From IMG/VR virus record IMGVR_UViG_3300042560_001663, positions 1 to 59,932 of that record: a DNA stretch of 59,932 nt. One strand, written 5' to 3'. The DNA is from a virus (taxonomy: Duplodnaviria; Caudoviricetes). Position 1 is the first letter of the stretch, and every line of letters begins with the position of its first letter. Below, in pieces: positions 12,601 through 20,725 of the stretch. The position numbers and the translations under genes are program-made. The notes under the pieces were generated by a model that was not told the origin of the DNA, made no database searches, and was given only the letters and a program-made list of their open reading frames with translations.

Positions 12601-15600
12601 AAGTTAAATGGACAGATGTAATTTGTCCCCTAAAAATTGGTTGGACTTCAGCATTAAAAGACTTATTTCCTATAGATGAAATCCCAATATTACCTATAAT
12701 TTCTACTTTAATTTCTGGGTAATTGAATACATGAGTTCCTAATCCAGATGAATTAAATTTAATATATTGTTTGGTATTATAATAAAAATCATAATTTACA
12801 CTACCAATTCCAATGGCAGATAATTTAAAAGAATCATCATTGATTTTTGTTACAATATATTCTGTATTTGTTGTTAGGCCACCAATAGGAGTAAAATCTG
12901 TCGTATATACAACTTTTTCTCCAGAATTATAATTATGATTTTTTATTTCAATTTGAGATAATGATGTATTAATCCCAATATGTGTTGTCGTTCTTTTTTT
13001 ATTTTCATATCCAGATCCTGGATTTTCGATATTAATAGACCCAATAATCGATTTTTGATCATATGATTTAATTTTATGATTACCTATGCCATAGGATAAT
13101 AGAGTAATTGTATTAATTCCAACAATAGCATCATCTAAATTTTTATGAAGTTTAATTGTGAAATCGTCTATTATGGAAACAAAATATGATGCATCCGTAG
13201 ACAATCCTCCAACACCTCTTTGCCCATCTGTTTTGTAAATTACTCTTTCTGCATTTCTAAACTTATGATAAGTTGTAAATCCAATTGTCGATAATGCACT
13301 TCCAATGCCAATTAAATTTGCATTTCCTTGAGAATTAAAAATAGACTCGTGTTCGACCAACTTCATATTTGCATATGCTTTGGCACCAATACCATTTCCA
13401 CCTGTTACTTTGATTATGGGAGTATCTAGATAGTCAAATCCTGGATCTATAATTCTAATTTCTTGAAGTGATCCTCTAACAGCACAAAATCCAGTTGCTC
13501 CAGTGCCAATTGAATCTGTTATACTTAAAATTGGTGGATTAATGACATCATAATTGGATCCGGATGCAGTTACTTCTATTTCTTCTATTTTTCCATAATA
13601 TATGGATTCACTGGATTTGTAATTTAAAATTTCTACACCATTAAGTAAAATTCCGGTAAATCCTGGTTTTGTATCATATACATTACCGTCATCAATTGGC
13701 GAAGATAGTTCTCTGAGAAGTTTTTGTGTATTTAAAGTTTTAAATTTAAATTCATAAATTTCAATTTTATTGTTAGTTACAGTAGTATTGTCTAATAAAG
13801 ATATGAATATATTATTGAAAATATTTGTTCTACTCTTTGCCAAACTAATTCTATTTTCATCAATTCTTTTTACGAAATAAATTCCTTCATCAAACAAGAA
13901 ACTTTTAGTAGTTTTTATTGTAGAAGTAATTCCTTCAGAATCCGTACTTTGTGCGTAAATTACTTCTGGAGTATAATAAATGCAATCTCCAGTATAAAAA
14001 CCATGATCCCAATTTGATGTTATGGTAAAAACATTTCCAGAAAATGTTCCAGAAAAAACAATAGATCTGTCAGTAGCATCTAGTGTTTGTTTATAATATG
14101 ATGGTATGGATGGAGATGTGATTAATGTTTTTTCTCCCAATTTATACACATTCTGTGTATTTGAATTTATTTTTGAAATGTTAGAAAAATACGTTGAATT
14201 TGTTTTTGAGATATTTTTTTTAATTGTATATCTATCTGATAGATCTATAATACCTTGACCCTTTATCGTAAAAGTAGAACTTGAAATTAGATCAATAATT
14301 GTCGAAAGTATTTTTGATCCAGAACTTGAAATTATACTAATTTCATCTCCTATTTTAAATATATTTTTATTTTCTGTAGTTATATTATAAGTATCACCTG
14401 TTCCACGAGAAAGAATTGATTTTACATTATATGATATTGGAATATTAAAGAACCAATCTTTAGAATAAACATCATTAGAATTTACTCCCAAAGTCCTAAT
14501 TACAGAAGTGTCATTTTTGTAATGATATCTCGTATTTCCTAAAATTTCTGTAGAGTTTAAAACAGAAGTTACTCTTAATTTTACCAAAGATCCGTCTGTA
14601 TTATATGCATGAGCATATGTATTAATCCCAATTGATGCAAAATCTGGAATAGTTTTAGTTACTCCCGAACAACCAAAAAATTGTGTTAAAGATTTTGAAC
14701 TGTAAGTAACAACACCTGTAGTTTGATCTCCATAGTTTACCAACAATTCTCCATTTATTGGGAATCCTACTGTAGAATCAACATCAAAAACAGTTGCACC
14801 AGAGGAAACAGGACCAACTATTTTTGTTGTGGGATGAACAGTGAATTTTCCAATAGTTGCACCATTAGCAATCAAATCTCTATTATATCCAGAATCCAAA
14901 CTTAATTTATAATAAGTATTACCAATTCCTGAAATTATTTTTTCAACATAAGTTATTGGACTGCGAGCATATGATATATTCAAATAGTCATTCTGATACA
15001 AAGTTTGATTTGTTAAATCTGAAGGATCGCCAAAAATACTTTCAACAACTATATCATTAGTTAGTCTATAATGAGCATCTGATGGCCTGAAAAGATTTTC
15101 TTTTGGGTTAATAACCTTAACTTCCTTTCCATATAAAACTTTAAATAAAATTTTAAAAGATTCATCTGTTCCTTTGCTCTGATAAAAATCTTTAATTTGT
15201 TTTAAAAATATTGATTGATCCAATTCAGTGTATAAAGATCTATCTTCAAATCCAGGAGAAAGTTGATATTTTATTTTAGATAAAAATTCTTTAAGAAATA
15301 AAGAACTTAAATTGATAATTTTGGTTCCTTTAGAATGTGTTGCTGATTCAGTGGATTTAAATGTTAACTGATCTGGAATATTTTGTGTCGTGTAAGAGGT
15401 TATTCCACTAAATCCTCTTACACATCCTGTAAAAGAACTGGTCGTAATTCCTGTATATGTAATTATTTCGTCATCAATTTGAATTAACCCATAAGATTTT
15501 GGAAAGTTTGATGTTCCCTCTTTGTTTAATCCCAAATCTATTGGAATAGTTGTATCGATATCTGAAATAGTAGATGAAAGAAAGGCGTAATCTGTACTAT

Positions 15601-15784
15601 TTGTTAAGTTATCTACTTTTACATATTGATCTATGTTTTGGATGAGATCAACAGGAGCACTTGTAAATTCCTGCGAAATATAATATTGCGAAAGAAATTC
15701 TGATATTAATGGAAACTCTTCTCTGACATAAGAAGGAAGTTGATTTTTAACAATGTTGCTGAACTGAACTCTCTTTTCTGTCAT
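3641..15784 (-). CDS. Giant baseplate wedge structural protein (gp7-like / 'VrlC-like' cyanophage protein), 4047 aa
   Basis: Directly downstream of gp25-gp6; N-terminus QLPSYVREEFP...FYQSKGTDESFKILFKVLYG and IQDSDFYQNFSYSIKS motifs typical of T4-like wedge proteins; many G.GY beta repeats; YHYH-like segment HSPIIGWAYDGNPIYGPYGY. Confidence 0.75.
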   Translation of the reverse strand: MTEKRVQFSNIVKNQLPSYVREEFPLISEFLSQYYISQEFTSAPVDLIQNIDQYVKVDNLTNSTDYAFLSSTISDIDTTIPIDLGLNKEGTSNFPKSYGLIQIDDEIITYTGITTSSFTGCVRGFSGITSYTTQNIPDQLTFKSTESATHSKGTKIINLSSLFLKEFLSKIKYQLSPGFEDRSLYTELDQSIFLKQIKDFYQSKGTDESFKILFKVLYGKEVKVINPKENLFRPSDAHYRLTNDIVVESIFGDPSDLTNQTLYQNDYLNISYARSPITYVEKIISGIGNTYYKLSLDSGYNRDLIANGATIGKFTVHPTTKIVGPVSSGATVFDVDSTVGFPINGELLVNYGDQTTGVVTYSSKSLTQFFGCSGVTKTIPDFASIGINTYAHAYNTDGSLVKLRVTSVLNSTEILGNTRYHYKNDTSVIRTLGVNSNDVYSKDWFFNIPISYNVKSILSRGTGDTYNITTENKNIFKIGDEISIISSSGSKILSTIIDLISSSTFTIKGQGIIDLSDRYTIKKNISKTNSTYFSNISKINSNTQNVYKLGEKTLITSPSIPSYYKQTLDATDRSIVFSGTFSGNVFTITSNWDHGFYTGDCIYYTPEVIYAQSTDSEGITSTIKTTKSFLFDEGIYFVKRIDENRISLAKSRTNIFNNIFISLLDNTTVTNNKIEIYEFKFKTLNTQKLLRELSSPIDDGNVYDTKPGFTGILLNGVEILNYKSSESIYYGKIEEIEVTASGSNYDVINPPILSITDSIGTGATGFCAVRGSLQEIRIIDPGFDYLDTPIIKVTGGNGIGAKAYANMKLVEHESIFNSQGNANLIGIGSALSTIGFTTYHKFRNAERVIYKTDGQRGVGGLSTDASYFVSIIDDFTIKLHKNLDDAIVGINTITLLSYGIGNHKIKSYDQKSIIGSINIENPGSGYENKKRTTTHIGINTSLSQIEIKNHNYNSGEKVVYTTDFTPIGGLTTNTEYIVTKINDDSFKLSAIGIGSVNYDFYYNTKQYIKFNSSGLGTHVFNYPEIKVEIIGNIGISSIGNKSFNAEVQPIFRGQITSVHLTSGGIGYGSSEIINFYRQPSFVLKSGKSAQLNPIVSTDGKITEVLIDNTGSEYNSPPSLIINGTGTGAVLTPIITNNQLTSVKVIENGIGYSPESTSVDIIPSGSSAEFVAKIQSWTINLFKKYYSSITSDDGIISNGLNESFGLQYSHLYAPRKLREIIQPSDQSGNKVYGKTDLIKQNNVEVDTTSHSPIIGWAYDGNPIYGPYGYITKTGGVVTQLKSGYDRDESPKPNRPSINSFDLGFFVEDFTFYKKSDDRFLDENNGRFCVTPEFPEGTYAYFSTLEEFSDSSGKFATYKQPKFPYLIGNYFKSKPIEFNFAKKSNQDDIDLNETGWLRNTYFYNLINDEASYSYITAPNNLNQTIDVEFASPGSVESIGIVTGGQNYKVNDSIIFNNTGTQGYNLSAKISKIEGKYVSSVSVASSTISNAEIYPTGNNGDYIIIANEPHNFKNGDFVSVYGLNTTSSLIEGSYKAGISTNILSVINSGTVVTGIESAGVTGIITYIKVSGNLKYPNIKENDILSIENEKLKVLNVDSLNSRIRVIRSYQGTIGSAHTSSTQLKEDSRKLIINVGYKTSYDYRINTELYFDPIDSVGLGSLSGVGIGTTITFSNPGAGITQIFIPTKTIYIPNHGLETGDLVTYSNNGGLSLVVSSTGIGTTTLANQSNVYVAKISNDLIGISTVQVGLGSTGTFVGIASTQRSQSTLYFMGLGSGVYHSFKTNFDVISGTIERNLVTVSCSSTHGLNNNDTVYVNVNPSISTTFTVKYNDYNRKIGINPKTFVSVGVNTFTNTITIQDHQLYNGQKVIHTSSSPAGGLQSEKEYYVIRVDKNNIKLSDTFYTATIIKPIPVGITSSSFGTILPVNPPITLYKNSTAIFDLADSSLSYANQSQRYPAFSLDFYKDSNFTQKFESSKKKNQFEVQKTGIVGVTSDAKVTLTINDDIPNKLYYKLTPVYDDVLPEEKKKINIDSEVIFNNQIEITSSKYNGKQTITSLSSTSFTYTLPQTPENIFYADSSSNIEYNTDSINALGPIFEVEIVNKGRNYYALPGISTIVSQFGKNALLEASSYSIGNIKKTKINDIGFDFPSDFTLRPSISLNQIVKIEPLSSLKSVGINSFGRGYNTSPKLLVFDGKTNELIPEIDLKYTLGSNDVEIRKNAYSLSNVSPIILPIQNSNGVGIGSIKYNSLNKEVTVTLSVGFSTSDSFPFKVNDKVMIENVSVGVGSTGIGYNSENYNYKLFTLTSVTENRGGIGSVSYSLNGLLSESQVPGNYDPVNSSGRIIPEKYFPTFNVELQKNNYFIGENIKSNSTFGYVDGWNPITNQLRAVSKENFIPGEIVEGLTSKTQGIASLVDTTDSFFNLDSSSLVNNGWQTSAGFLNLNSERIQDSDFYQNFSYSIKSSVSYDSWKDAVSTLNHTTGFKKFSEYQLETKNSNSMSIGISTEKTYVDVVVDIVGSADLNCVTDFDLVKENSLSISERYFSDEITFSSRILTDYFESIGNRVLSIDDISSQFSSNPRFTRFSEVHRFSLFNARAQKYVTFVSDRRFTGQRQLMLVSLLHSKGVGYLNQYARLESSYDLGSFDFFIEGTEGVLTFNPVKYSINNYNITTLSYNLKDSMLGIGTSSFGDFVIIKTSSEFVSSGSTSIVGIGTTYNSAKVLVEIAGSNGQYEFDELNIVHDGINVELLQYGQITNDSLNPYSSSGLGTYHPYISGSELKIDFYPNTGIAVTINTFQTLLGGTFFGIDAYDMKHAELQGISTSILSSISPTETPIIEYLKDYDCSYCLIQVADTTNNRYQLSEIVLLDDQTDENPGETYILEFGNIETNSGLGTFGFRKNGLVTELTFTPLPNIDTRIVGFSNALRHQDDEKDILSLNNGSIETNYGTYFGTESDIKRDFPLNHKGNQIFKRDFDGSSPLIVNTSLDTITIPNHFFVTGEKITYTNPGAGTTQSIGIGTTDFGVGIGITNKLPSTVYIVKVNENTIKLAKSAEDALKFIPKILDLTSVGIGTTHTFTANNQNAKAIIAIDNIIQSPITSTAQTTILSKNVFTTDDLIYVAGITSFFGGDLIKIGNEIMKIESVGVANTNIFRVRRPWMGTTIAGYSTGTLVTKVVGNYNIIDNTLNFSEAPYGNVPLSNSTESPDERDWVGITTSSKFQGRTFLKSGISDSANETYYRNYIFDDISEQFNGKTKSFTLKSNGSNTSDISSENSIILINDIFQGPGLTNNYYLTESIGITSITFVGGATSIAYDVNTASIPAGGIIISVGSTEGFGYQPLVSAGGTAIVSGLGTISSVSIGNSGSGYRSGLQTVRVGVATSSTDTLSIQFIGTAIVNNGHIVGVSITNPGTGYTSSNPPYVIIDDPLSYSDLPLIYSADSLSGLGSQATIDVVVGQGSSVIDFEIKNLGYGYGQGEILTVSVGGTVGIPTDPTKTFKEFQISIQKTITDKFTGWSIGELQVLDTPENLFDGSRTIFPLLVAGSLISLRSAIGSNINIQDNLLVFLNDVLQVPGIGFEFAGGSVITFTEPPRIGDTCKIIFYKGTGSVDVIERNILETIKSGDELTIGYDAILGQTELLQETERTVDFLKSVDLVKTLPYYGPGLSNDSRLVRPVTWCRQTEDKIINEKEVGKDRELYEPIINPFAYIIKSVGIGSTTIYVDNLKPFFDSQNENDVSLTFQKSIKLISQDPKSGAIGTAIVSGMGTILSVAISDGGVGYTTATVSFGSTIGVNTSTQAFGSAIISAAGTVAGISITNPGSGYTSTNPPSVLISSPTPIIETNQVSSYSGDSGIIVGFGTTTQDSIDKFIFDLYIPEDSFLRNQSLVGTAITISSLNVNDYFVVYDSNVGLASTSIKSLDFDTNVIGVGTQFIDNVYQVDSIFVTETDVVGIGTTFVKRIYTRITGIGITIDFSSTNITFDSEVFKFDSLKTSGSGYTGIITTSPSFGNFSWGKIDLKNRSEENQFNFYGNMGIGGITTSAVVQRTSSLKFRNYIV

Positions 15785-15788
15785 TTGT

Positions 15789-17717
15789 TTATGATCTTAC
15801 TAAATTCCCGTTGTTTGTGTAACTTGATGAAACAATGTAATTTGATGCTGATGGATCTAATCCTGATGAAATTTCATCCACTACCATTTCAAAATTACTC
15901 TTACTAATATCTAGTTGCAAATATAAATCCTGCAATCCTATAACGTCATTTGATTTTGGTGTTACTGATATCTCAATAACAGGTTGCCCATTTTTTTGTT
16001 TTGCTGAAGTAATAATAATGGGATTGAGAGTAATAATCCCAGATGTGTAATTAATTGTTCCAGCATTTCTCCTCAAAATTGTTGGTGTAGTCGAGGACAT
16101 ATTTGGAACATTAAATAAAAAGATTGAACCAGTGGTTCTATTTGTATTTGGAATATCTGATAGGTAAACATCTTGAGAAATTCCACTTACTCTGAATGCT
16201 GTGGATTTTATATTATATCCACTCATACTATTAATATGAAATTCATTCCCAAATCCAATTGAATATTCAGCAAAACTATTCAAAGAAACTCCCAAGTCTC
16301 TTCTAATTTGAATATTTGTAATATTTGAAGTTACAGATTCGTGACTTTCGTCAATAATCTTTAAAAATTTACTATATTTAAATCTAGCACCATATTTGTT
16401 TAATTCTGTCGATTCTGCATACTTATTTGTATTTGATTGTACAATGTTAGAAACATAAGATGCACTAGGAGCAAGATTTGTGTTATAATAAATTTTTGAA
16501 TCGATTTCAATATAAAGATATTTTAAATCCAAAATTTCAGGAATAATACCAGCTACGGCATATTTTTTGAGTTTAAGTTTAATATTTTCTTTAACTAAAT
16601 TTGATAGAAAATCCCCACTTCTCGGTTTAATACTAATAAAAACTTTTCCATACTGTGGAGGAATTAATTCTTCACCACCAAAAACAGATATAGATTCTGT
16701 TTCTGGATAAATTTTTGATGGTATTAAAGTTTCATAGTCATTTGCAGTTACTGCTCTGTTTTGGGAAGAATATATTCTTGGTGCATATTTTTTAATAGAT
16801 TCTACAGATTCAATATTTTCTCCACCAGAAGCAACTAACCCAGTAGTTAAAAGAGATACTCCAGATGTAACCGTATATTCTGTAGAGTTTCTTGTATATG
16901 TTAATCTTCCCGAGTAAGAAAACTGTCCAACTCCATTTGCAGAATCACCATTTGTAACAATATAAGATACTTCTATATAATTTCCGTCTTGGAGGGCCTT
17001 CCCAAAAACATTATCTCCAAAAATTAGTTCATATCTTTCATCTTCAATTTCTTGCAAAAAATAAATCTCAGATTCTTTATCTATTTCAAAAAGACTATCT
17101 TGACGATTATATTTTATAGAAACTGATGACTGTTGATTATTTTTTATGATTACAGAAATTAAATCTGTATCAATTCCTATGTTAGGTAATATAATTTTTT
17201 GATTCGGATTTCTGGAGGTATATGTGAAATTAGATGTTAGCAACGTTCCTTCATAAATTGGAATATCATTGAATGATGCAATATTATCAAAAACAGGAAC
17301 TGTAACATCATCCCAAATCGAAAAAACAAAAGACTGATTTCCAAAAGTTCCGGAGGTACTCGCTACAGGGCCTTTTTTGAGAGTTAATGATACTGGAGTT
17401 GGTTTAATATCTGAACAATCTACAAAAAAACTTATTGTTGCTCTTGCTGCTTTTTTTGAACGGGGTATATATCCAATATTTCTTGCAAGTGCAACAACAT
17501 TTTCTCTAAGTGTTGCACTATCGATGAATACCTCATTTGCAACCATATTTGCATTATATGAGGTAATATAGGTATTATATGCCAACACATCAAGAATAGT
17601 CGAAAGATTAGACCCCTCAAAGTCATAATCTGTGAAATTTGAATTTGCTTTGAGGTAATCTCTAAGTGTGGTTTTAATCTGGTCAAAATCCAGATTCGTA
17701 AAATTTACTAATGGCAT
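15789..17717 (-). CDS. gp6: Baseplate wedge subunit gp6
   Basis: LDFDQIK...FTDYDFEGSNLS.LDVLAYNT...E.FIDSATLRENVVALARNIGY.P.S; FGDNVFGK; QNRAVTANDYE: hallmark T4 gp6 motifs. Confidence 0.92.
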   Translation of the reverse strand: MPLVNFTNLDFDQIKTTLRDYLKANSNFTDYDFEGSNLSTILDVLAYNTYITSYNANMVANEVFIDSATLRENVVALARNIGYIPRSKKAARATISFFVDCSDIKPTPVSLTLKKGPVASTSGTFGNQSFVFSIWDDVTVPVFDNIASFNDIPIYEGTLLTSNFTYTSRNPNQKIILPNIGIDTDLISVIIKNNQQSSVSIKYNRQDSLFEIDKESEIYFLQEIEDERYELIFGDNVFGKALQDGNYIEVSYIVTNGDSANGVGQFSYSGRLTYTRNSTEYTVTSGVSLLTTGLVASGGENIESVESIKKYAPRIYSSQNRAVTANDYETLIPSKIYPETESISVFGGEELIPPQYGKVFISIKPRSGDFLSNLVKENIKLKLKKYAVAGIIPEILDLKYLYIEIDSKIYYNTNLAPSASYVSNIVQSNTNKYAESTELNKYGARFKYSKFLKIIDESHESVTSNITNIQIRRDLGVSLNSFAEYSIGFGNEFHINSMSGYNIKSTAFRVSGISQDVYLSDIPNTNRTTGSIFLFNVPNMSSTTPTILRRNAGTINYTSGIITLNPIIITSAKQKNGQPVIEISVTPKSNDVIGLQDLYLQLDISKSNFEMVVDEISSGLDPSASNYIVSSSYTNNGNLVRS

Positions 17718-18119
17718 TTACCTAGTTGGTTGCAATACAAATTGTAATTGTTGTGTAGGAACATCTGCTCCAATAATATTGTATACTATTTTCACATCGA
17801 AAGAGTTATTATCATAGTTTGGATATGCTTGTACATCAATCAATTGAACTCTCGGTTCATAATTTTGTATGGATTGTTTAATTTCATCGACAATCATTGA
17901 TGCAGAAATATCATCGATATTCTCGAAGAGTGTTCTAGAGATATTTGAACCAAAATTTTCATTAAAAAATTTCTCTCCAGGAATTGTAAATACAATATTT
18001 CGAATTGAACGAGAAATAGCAGTTTCGTTTTTAAGGGCAATCAAGTCACTATTCAGGGGACTAACCTGAAATGACATACTAATATCTTTAAACCCTTGAT
18101 TAACCCTTTCTAAAGGCAT
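17718..18119 (-). CDS. gp25: Baseplate wedge subunit gp25
   Basis: AISRSIRNIVFTIPGEKFF...FGS...IQNYEPRV: GPW/gp25 family signature; adjacent to gp6. Confidence 0.9.
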   Translation of the reverse strand: MPLERVNQGFKDISMSFQVSPLNSDLIALKNETAISRSIRNIVFTIPGEKFFNENFGSNISRTLFENIDDISASMIVDEIKQSIQNYEPRVQLIDVQAYPNYDNNSFDVKIVYNIIGADVPTQQLQFVLQPTR

Positions 18120-18139
18120 TTAATATTATAATTCTATCT

Positions 18140-18146
18140 TATTTAT
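18140..18146 (-). promoter_or_regulatory. T4-type late promoter (ATAAATA) for gp25-gp6 operon
   Basis: ATAAATA 20 nt upstream of the gp25 ATG. Confidence 0.65.
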
Positions 18147-18400
18147 TACCCTTTTATGGATCCATAAATGGGTTCTGTTCCATAATTCCAATCGTCATAA
18201 TCGTCATCATTTCTAATTTTTTCGTGAATTTCGTTCTGATGAAAGAAATCGTGTTTTTTGGGTGTAATGTCATCATTGTTGATTTCACGAAGCATTTTTT
18301 GGTTCAAAATTTTTTCTTCCCAACCATATTCTGTTGCCAAAAATTTAGTTCCCCATTCATTTTTCATAAAATTTTGGTCTTTATCGATGTGTTTAGTCAT
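18146..18400 (-). CDS. Hypothetical phage protein (84 aa)
   Basis: AGGAG Shine-Dalgarno upstream of ATG; fits gene packing. Confidence 0.7.
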   Translation of the reverse strand: MTKHIDKDQNFMKNEWGTKFLATEYGWEEKILNQKMLREINNDDITPKKHDFFHQNEIHEKIRNDDDYDDWNYGTEPIYGSIKG

Positions 18401-19076
18401 TGTTTTGCTCCTGATTTGTTAGATCAGAACTTTTTACGGGGTTGCTATCCCGAATGTTCTTAATTTCGTACATAAAATCGTCAGATGTTTCAATTTTACG
18501 ACGATTTTCGACAGAATATTCAGTCGAGTCGATTTCATACCCCGGATTTTTAGTAATTCTGTTGCGAGTCCATGCATCGTCATACCATAATATCTTGTTA
18601 TTAGGATATGCATAGAAGTTTCCATTGTCCATTTTGAAAAAATGGGCACATTTGTGCTCTGGAGTTTCACTAAAGTTAGTATTCAGTGTTGATTTTGATT
18701 CCCATGACCAATCAAGAGTAAACATATAGGTTCCTTCATTCTTCTTTCCCTTATAATTGATTAGTTCGGCACGTAAATTAGACAATCTTGAACGTACTTG
18801 AACATCAATATAAGGAGAAAAGCAATCCCACCACATACACTCTTCTAATTCAGGAACTGGTGCATCAGGTTTCCAACAAAATGCATGAATCGGTCTTCTT
18901 GTCCAGTTGACTCCATTTTCTAAAAACGACTCAAAGAGGGGTACGTGCTTCTCTAAGGATGCTACAGAGTGTACATCGCACAAAGTTACCTCTCCGTGCC
19001 CTTTTTTATGATTGTAGAGAAATTCATTGCGAATATAGCAAGTAATCGTTGGAAGATTATGATTTAAGTAAGACAT
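18393..19076 (-). CDS. Conserved hypothetical phage protein (start revised to MSYLNHNLP)
   Basis: Trp/Cys-rich globular ORF (WWDCFSPY, FSETPEHKCAH, GNFYAYPNNK); the track's upstream TTG extension runs into low-complexity intergenic DNA. Confidence 0.7.
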   Translation of the reverse strand: MSYLNHNLPTITCYIRNEFLYNHKKGHGEVTLCDVHSVASLEKHVPLFESFLENGVNWTRRPIHAFCWKPDAPVPELEECMWWDCFSPYIDVQVRSRLSNLRAELINYKGKKNEGTYMFTLDWSWESKSTLNTNFSETPEHKCAHFFKMDNGNFYAYPNNKILWYDDAWTRNRITKNPGYEIDSTEYSVENRRKIETSDDFMYEIKNIRDSNPVKSSDLTNQEQNND

Positions 19077-19161
19077 TCGGAAATTTTTTCTGTTTTGGTT
19101 TTTTCGGGTTTTGATTTCCTTCAAAACGAGAAACGACGGCGCTTCCGGTAACTAGTTATAT

Positions 19162-19195
19162 AAAAAAAACACCTAGAGGTTACTCTAAGTGTTTT
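19162..19195 (-). terminator. Rho-independent terminator
   Basis: Minus strand aaaacacttagag-taac-ctctaggtgtttt followed by more T, right after the stop of 19200..19343. Confidence 0.75.
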
Positions 19196-19199
19196 AAAA

Positions 19200-19343
19200 T
19201 TATTTACCTTGTCCTCTATAGGGTTTTTTTGCTTTATTTCTGCTAGTTGCAGCATACTTTGTATTCTTCCCGAGTCCCTGCCGAGTATTTTTTGGATGAG
19301 ACTCAATTTGTGCTGAGCCACTCAGACTTTTACGATTTGCCAT
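19200..19343 (-). CDS. Small basic protein (47 aa) ending KPYRGQGK
   Basis: Not in track. MANRKSLSGSAQIESHPKNTRQGLGKNTKYAATSRNKAKKPYRGQGK; GGAGG SD upstream; start overlaps stop of 19343..; followed by terminator. A YRGQG C-terminus is typical of a small T4-like phage protein family. Confidence 0.8.
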   Translation of the reverse strand: MANRKSLSGSAQIESHPKNTRQGLGKNTKYAATSRNKAKKPYRGQGK

Positions 19344-19492
19344 TAAATTTCCTCCATTTCAATTAATTCTGGACGTATTTCCTCTCCATCATAAAACTTT
19401 TCGGAGAAGTCTTGAAGAATCTCACTACATTCTTCTGCAGTGAGATTCATATAAATTTTACGACCTTGATAAAGTATGTTATATCTTTTCAT
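19343..19492 (-). CDS. Hypothetical protein (MKRYNILYQGRKIY...)
   Basis: ATG at 19490-19492 overlaps the stop of the upstream gene. Confidence 0.65.
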   Translation of the reverse strand: MKRYNILYQGRKIYMNLTAEECSEILQDFSEKFYDGEEIRPELIEMEEI

Positions 19493-20259
19493 CAGATAAT
19501 ACGAGTTTTTTCGTGTCCTACACGAATACGAGGATCGCACCAGATTTCAAAACCTGCTTCTTTTGCATCAAGACAGAATGAGACATCTTCTCCGCACATG
19601 TCTTGAACATTACCAGATTCAAAGACTTGCATTTTAGGTGCAAACCAAGGATACTCAAGATTCTCGAAGACACCTTTCTTAATCAGAACCCAACCAAACC
19701 CAGTATAATCAACAGTAAAAGGTTTTTTACGTTTCGAAATTGATTCTACGGTTTCGTGATTCATAACTCCACCATTCTTACGGAAATCATCCTCTTCTAA
19801 CCAATGTGCGACAGAAGTTGTGTGACCATCTTCAGTAGCATACCACCCAGCAACTACTTCTCTTTCTGTGCCATCTTCTGAGAGAGCAAGATCACAAAGT
19901 TGCCAGAACTTGTTAGAATCAAAAACAATATCACTATCAATCCAAAGTTGATAATCATACTCAAGTTTTCCATCCCAAGGAAGTTGTTTTGGTCCACGAA
20001 GTACATTTGCACCAAGGCATTTGCACCGTGCAAAGTTAACCATCGATGAGTAATCTTGAGAAATTTGAATACTCATTCCATTTTGTACTAGATCAAAGCA
20101 TAGTTGTACAAATGCTTTTAAGAAAATAAAAGAACATCCTCTGCCAGGAAGACAAAAGACAATTGACTTTCCTTTCATTCTTTCTTTAATTGAATCAATA
20201 TCCCATTCTTGTTTTTGAGATTTTGGTGCAGAAGCTTTTACTGTAAATCCTTTTGCCAT
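19492..20259 (-). CDS. Glycosyltransferase family 2-like protein
   Basis: YDYQLWIDSD (DxD), TGFGWVLIKKGVFE, GEDVSFC, DPRIRVGH motifs of the GT-A fold. Confidence 0.75.
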   Translation of the reverse strand: MAKGFTVKASAPKSQKQEWDIDSIKERMKGKSIVFCLPGRGCSFIFLKAFVQLCFDLVQNGMSIQISQDYSSMVNFARCKCLGANVLRGPKQLPWDGKLEYDYQLWIDSDIVFDSNKFWQLCDLALSEDGTEREVVAGWYATEDGHTTSVAHWLEEDDFRKNGGVMNHETVESISKRKKPFTVDYTGFGWVLIKKGVFENLEYPWFAPKMQVFESGNVQDMCGEDVSFCLDAKEAGFEIWCDPRIRVGHEKTRII

Positions 20260-20284
20260 AAGTTTAAAATAACCTTCAGTTCAA

Positions 20285-20313
20285 ATTTTAACACTGTATA
20301 TATGACTTGTCAA
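20285..20313 (-). promoter_or_regulatory. sigma70-type promoter TTGACA-17-TAAAAT with extended -10 TG
   Basis: -35 at 20308-20313, -10 at 20285-20290, 17-nt spacer, upstream of the glycosyltransferase-like gene. Confidence 0.75.
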
Positions 20314-20501
20314 TGTGAAGAATTGAGTGCTGCTTCTTTATTAATCAGCAGTTCCTCATATGACAAATCTTCAATAACATAGTCAGTTTTCATAATACCA
20401 ACCATATTATTAAGGGTGCTCCACGTTGTTTGGAAATCTTCTTCTTTAACTGAATGAAACAAACATCTATCTTTTGCATATATGTGATAGATCTTTTCCA
20501 T
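20310..20501 (-). CDS. Hypothetical phage protein (63 aa)
   Basis: GGAG upstream of ATG; fits gene packing. Confidence 0.65.
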   Translation of the reverse strand: MEKIYHIYAKDRCLFHSVKEEDFQTTWSTLNNMVGIMKTDYVIEDLSYEELLINKEAALNSSH

Positions 20502-20536
20502 ACAAAAATATCTCCGAAAATTTTTTGTAACAAATC

Positions 20537-20725
20537 TTATTTTGTTACTGCATTATATATGAGCACAATTAAAAAAGTAAGTGGTATTAACACTACCTTT
20601 GCCATTGTCTTTGGATACCGAATCATCCATCCTGCAAGAATAACCTTCCAGAAATTCCAATATGGGGGTTTATTTCTTTTTGCCACCTTTTTTAAGAGTC
20701 CTCTTGTCTGGTCTTGAGTATCCAT
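20537..20725 (-). CDS. Small membrane protein (PYWNFWKVILAGWMIRYP); start uncertain
   Basis: C-terminal hydrophobic helix VVLIPLTFLIVLIY. Confidence 0.55.
   Translation of the reverse strand: MDTQDQTRGLLKKVAKRNKPPYWNFWKVILAGWMIRYPKTMAKVVLIPLTFLIVLIYNAVTK

Noticed and set aside
19121-19321. Track ORF of 66 aa
   Set aside because: Wrong frame; runs through a terminator. The 47-aa ORF 19200..19343 has an SD and a family-type C-terminus.
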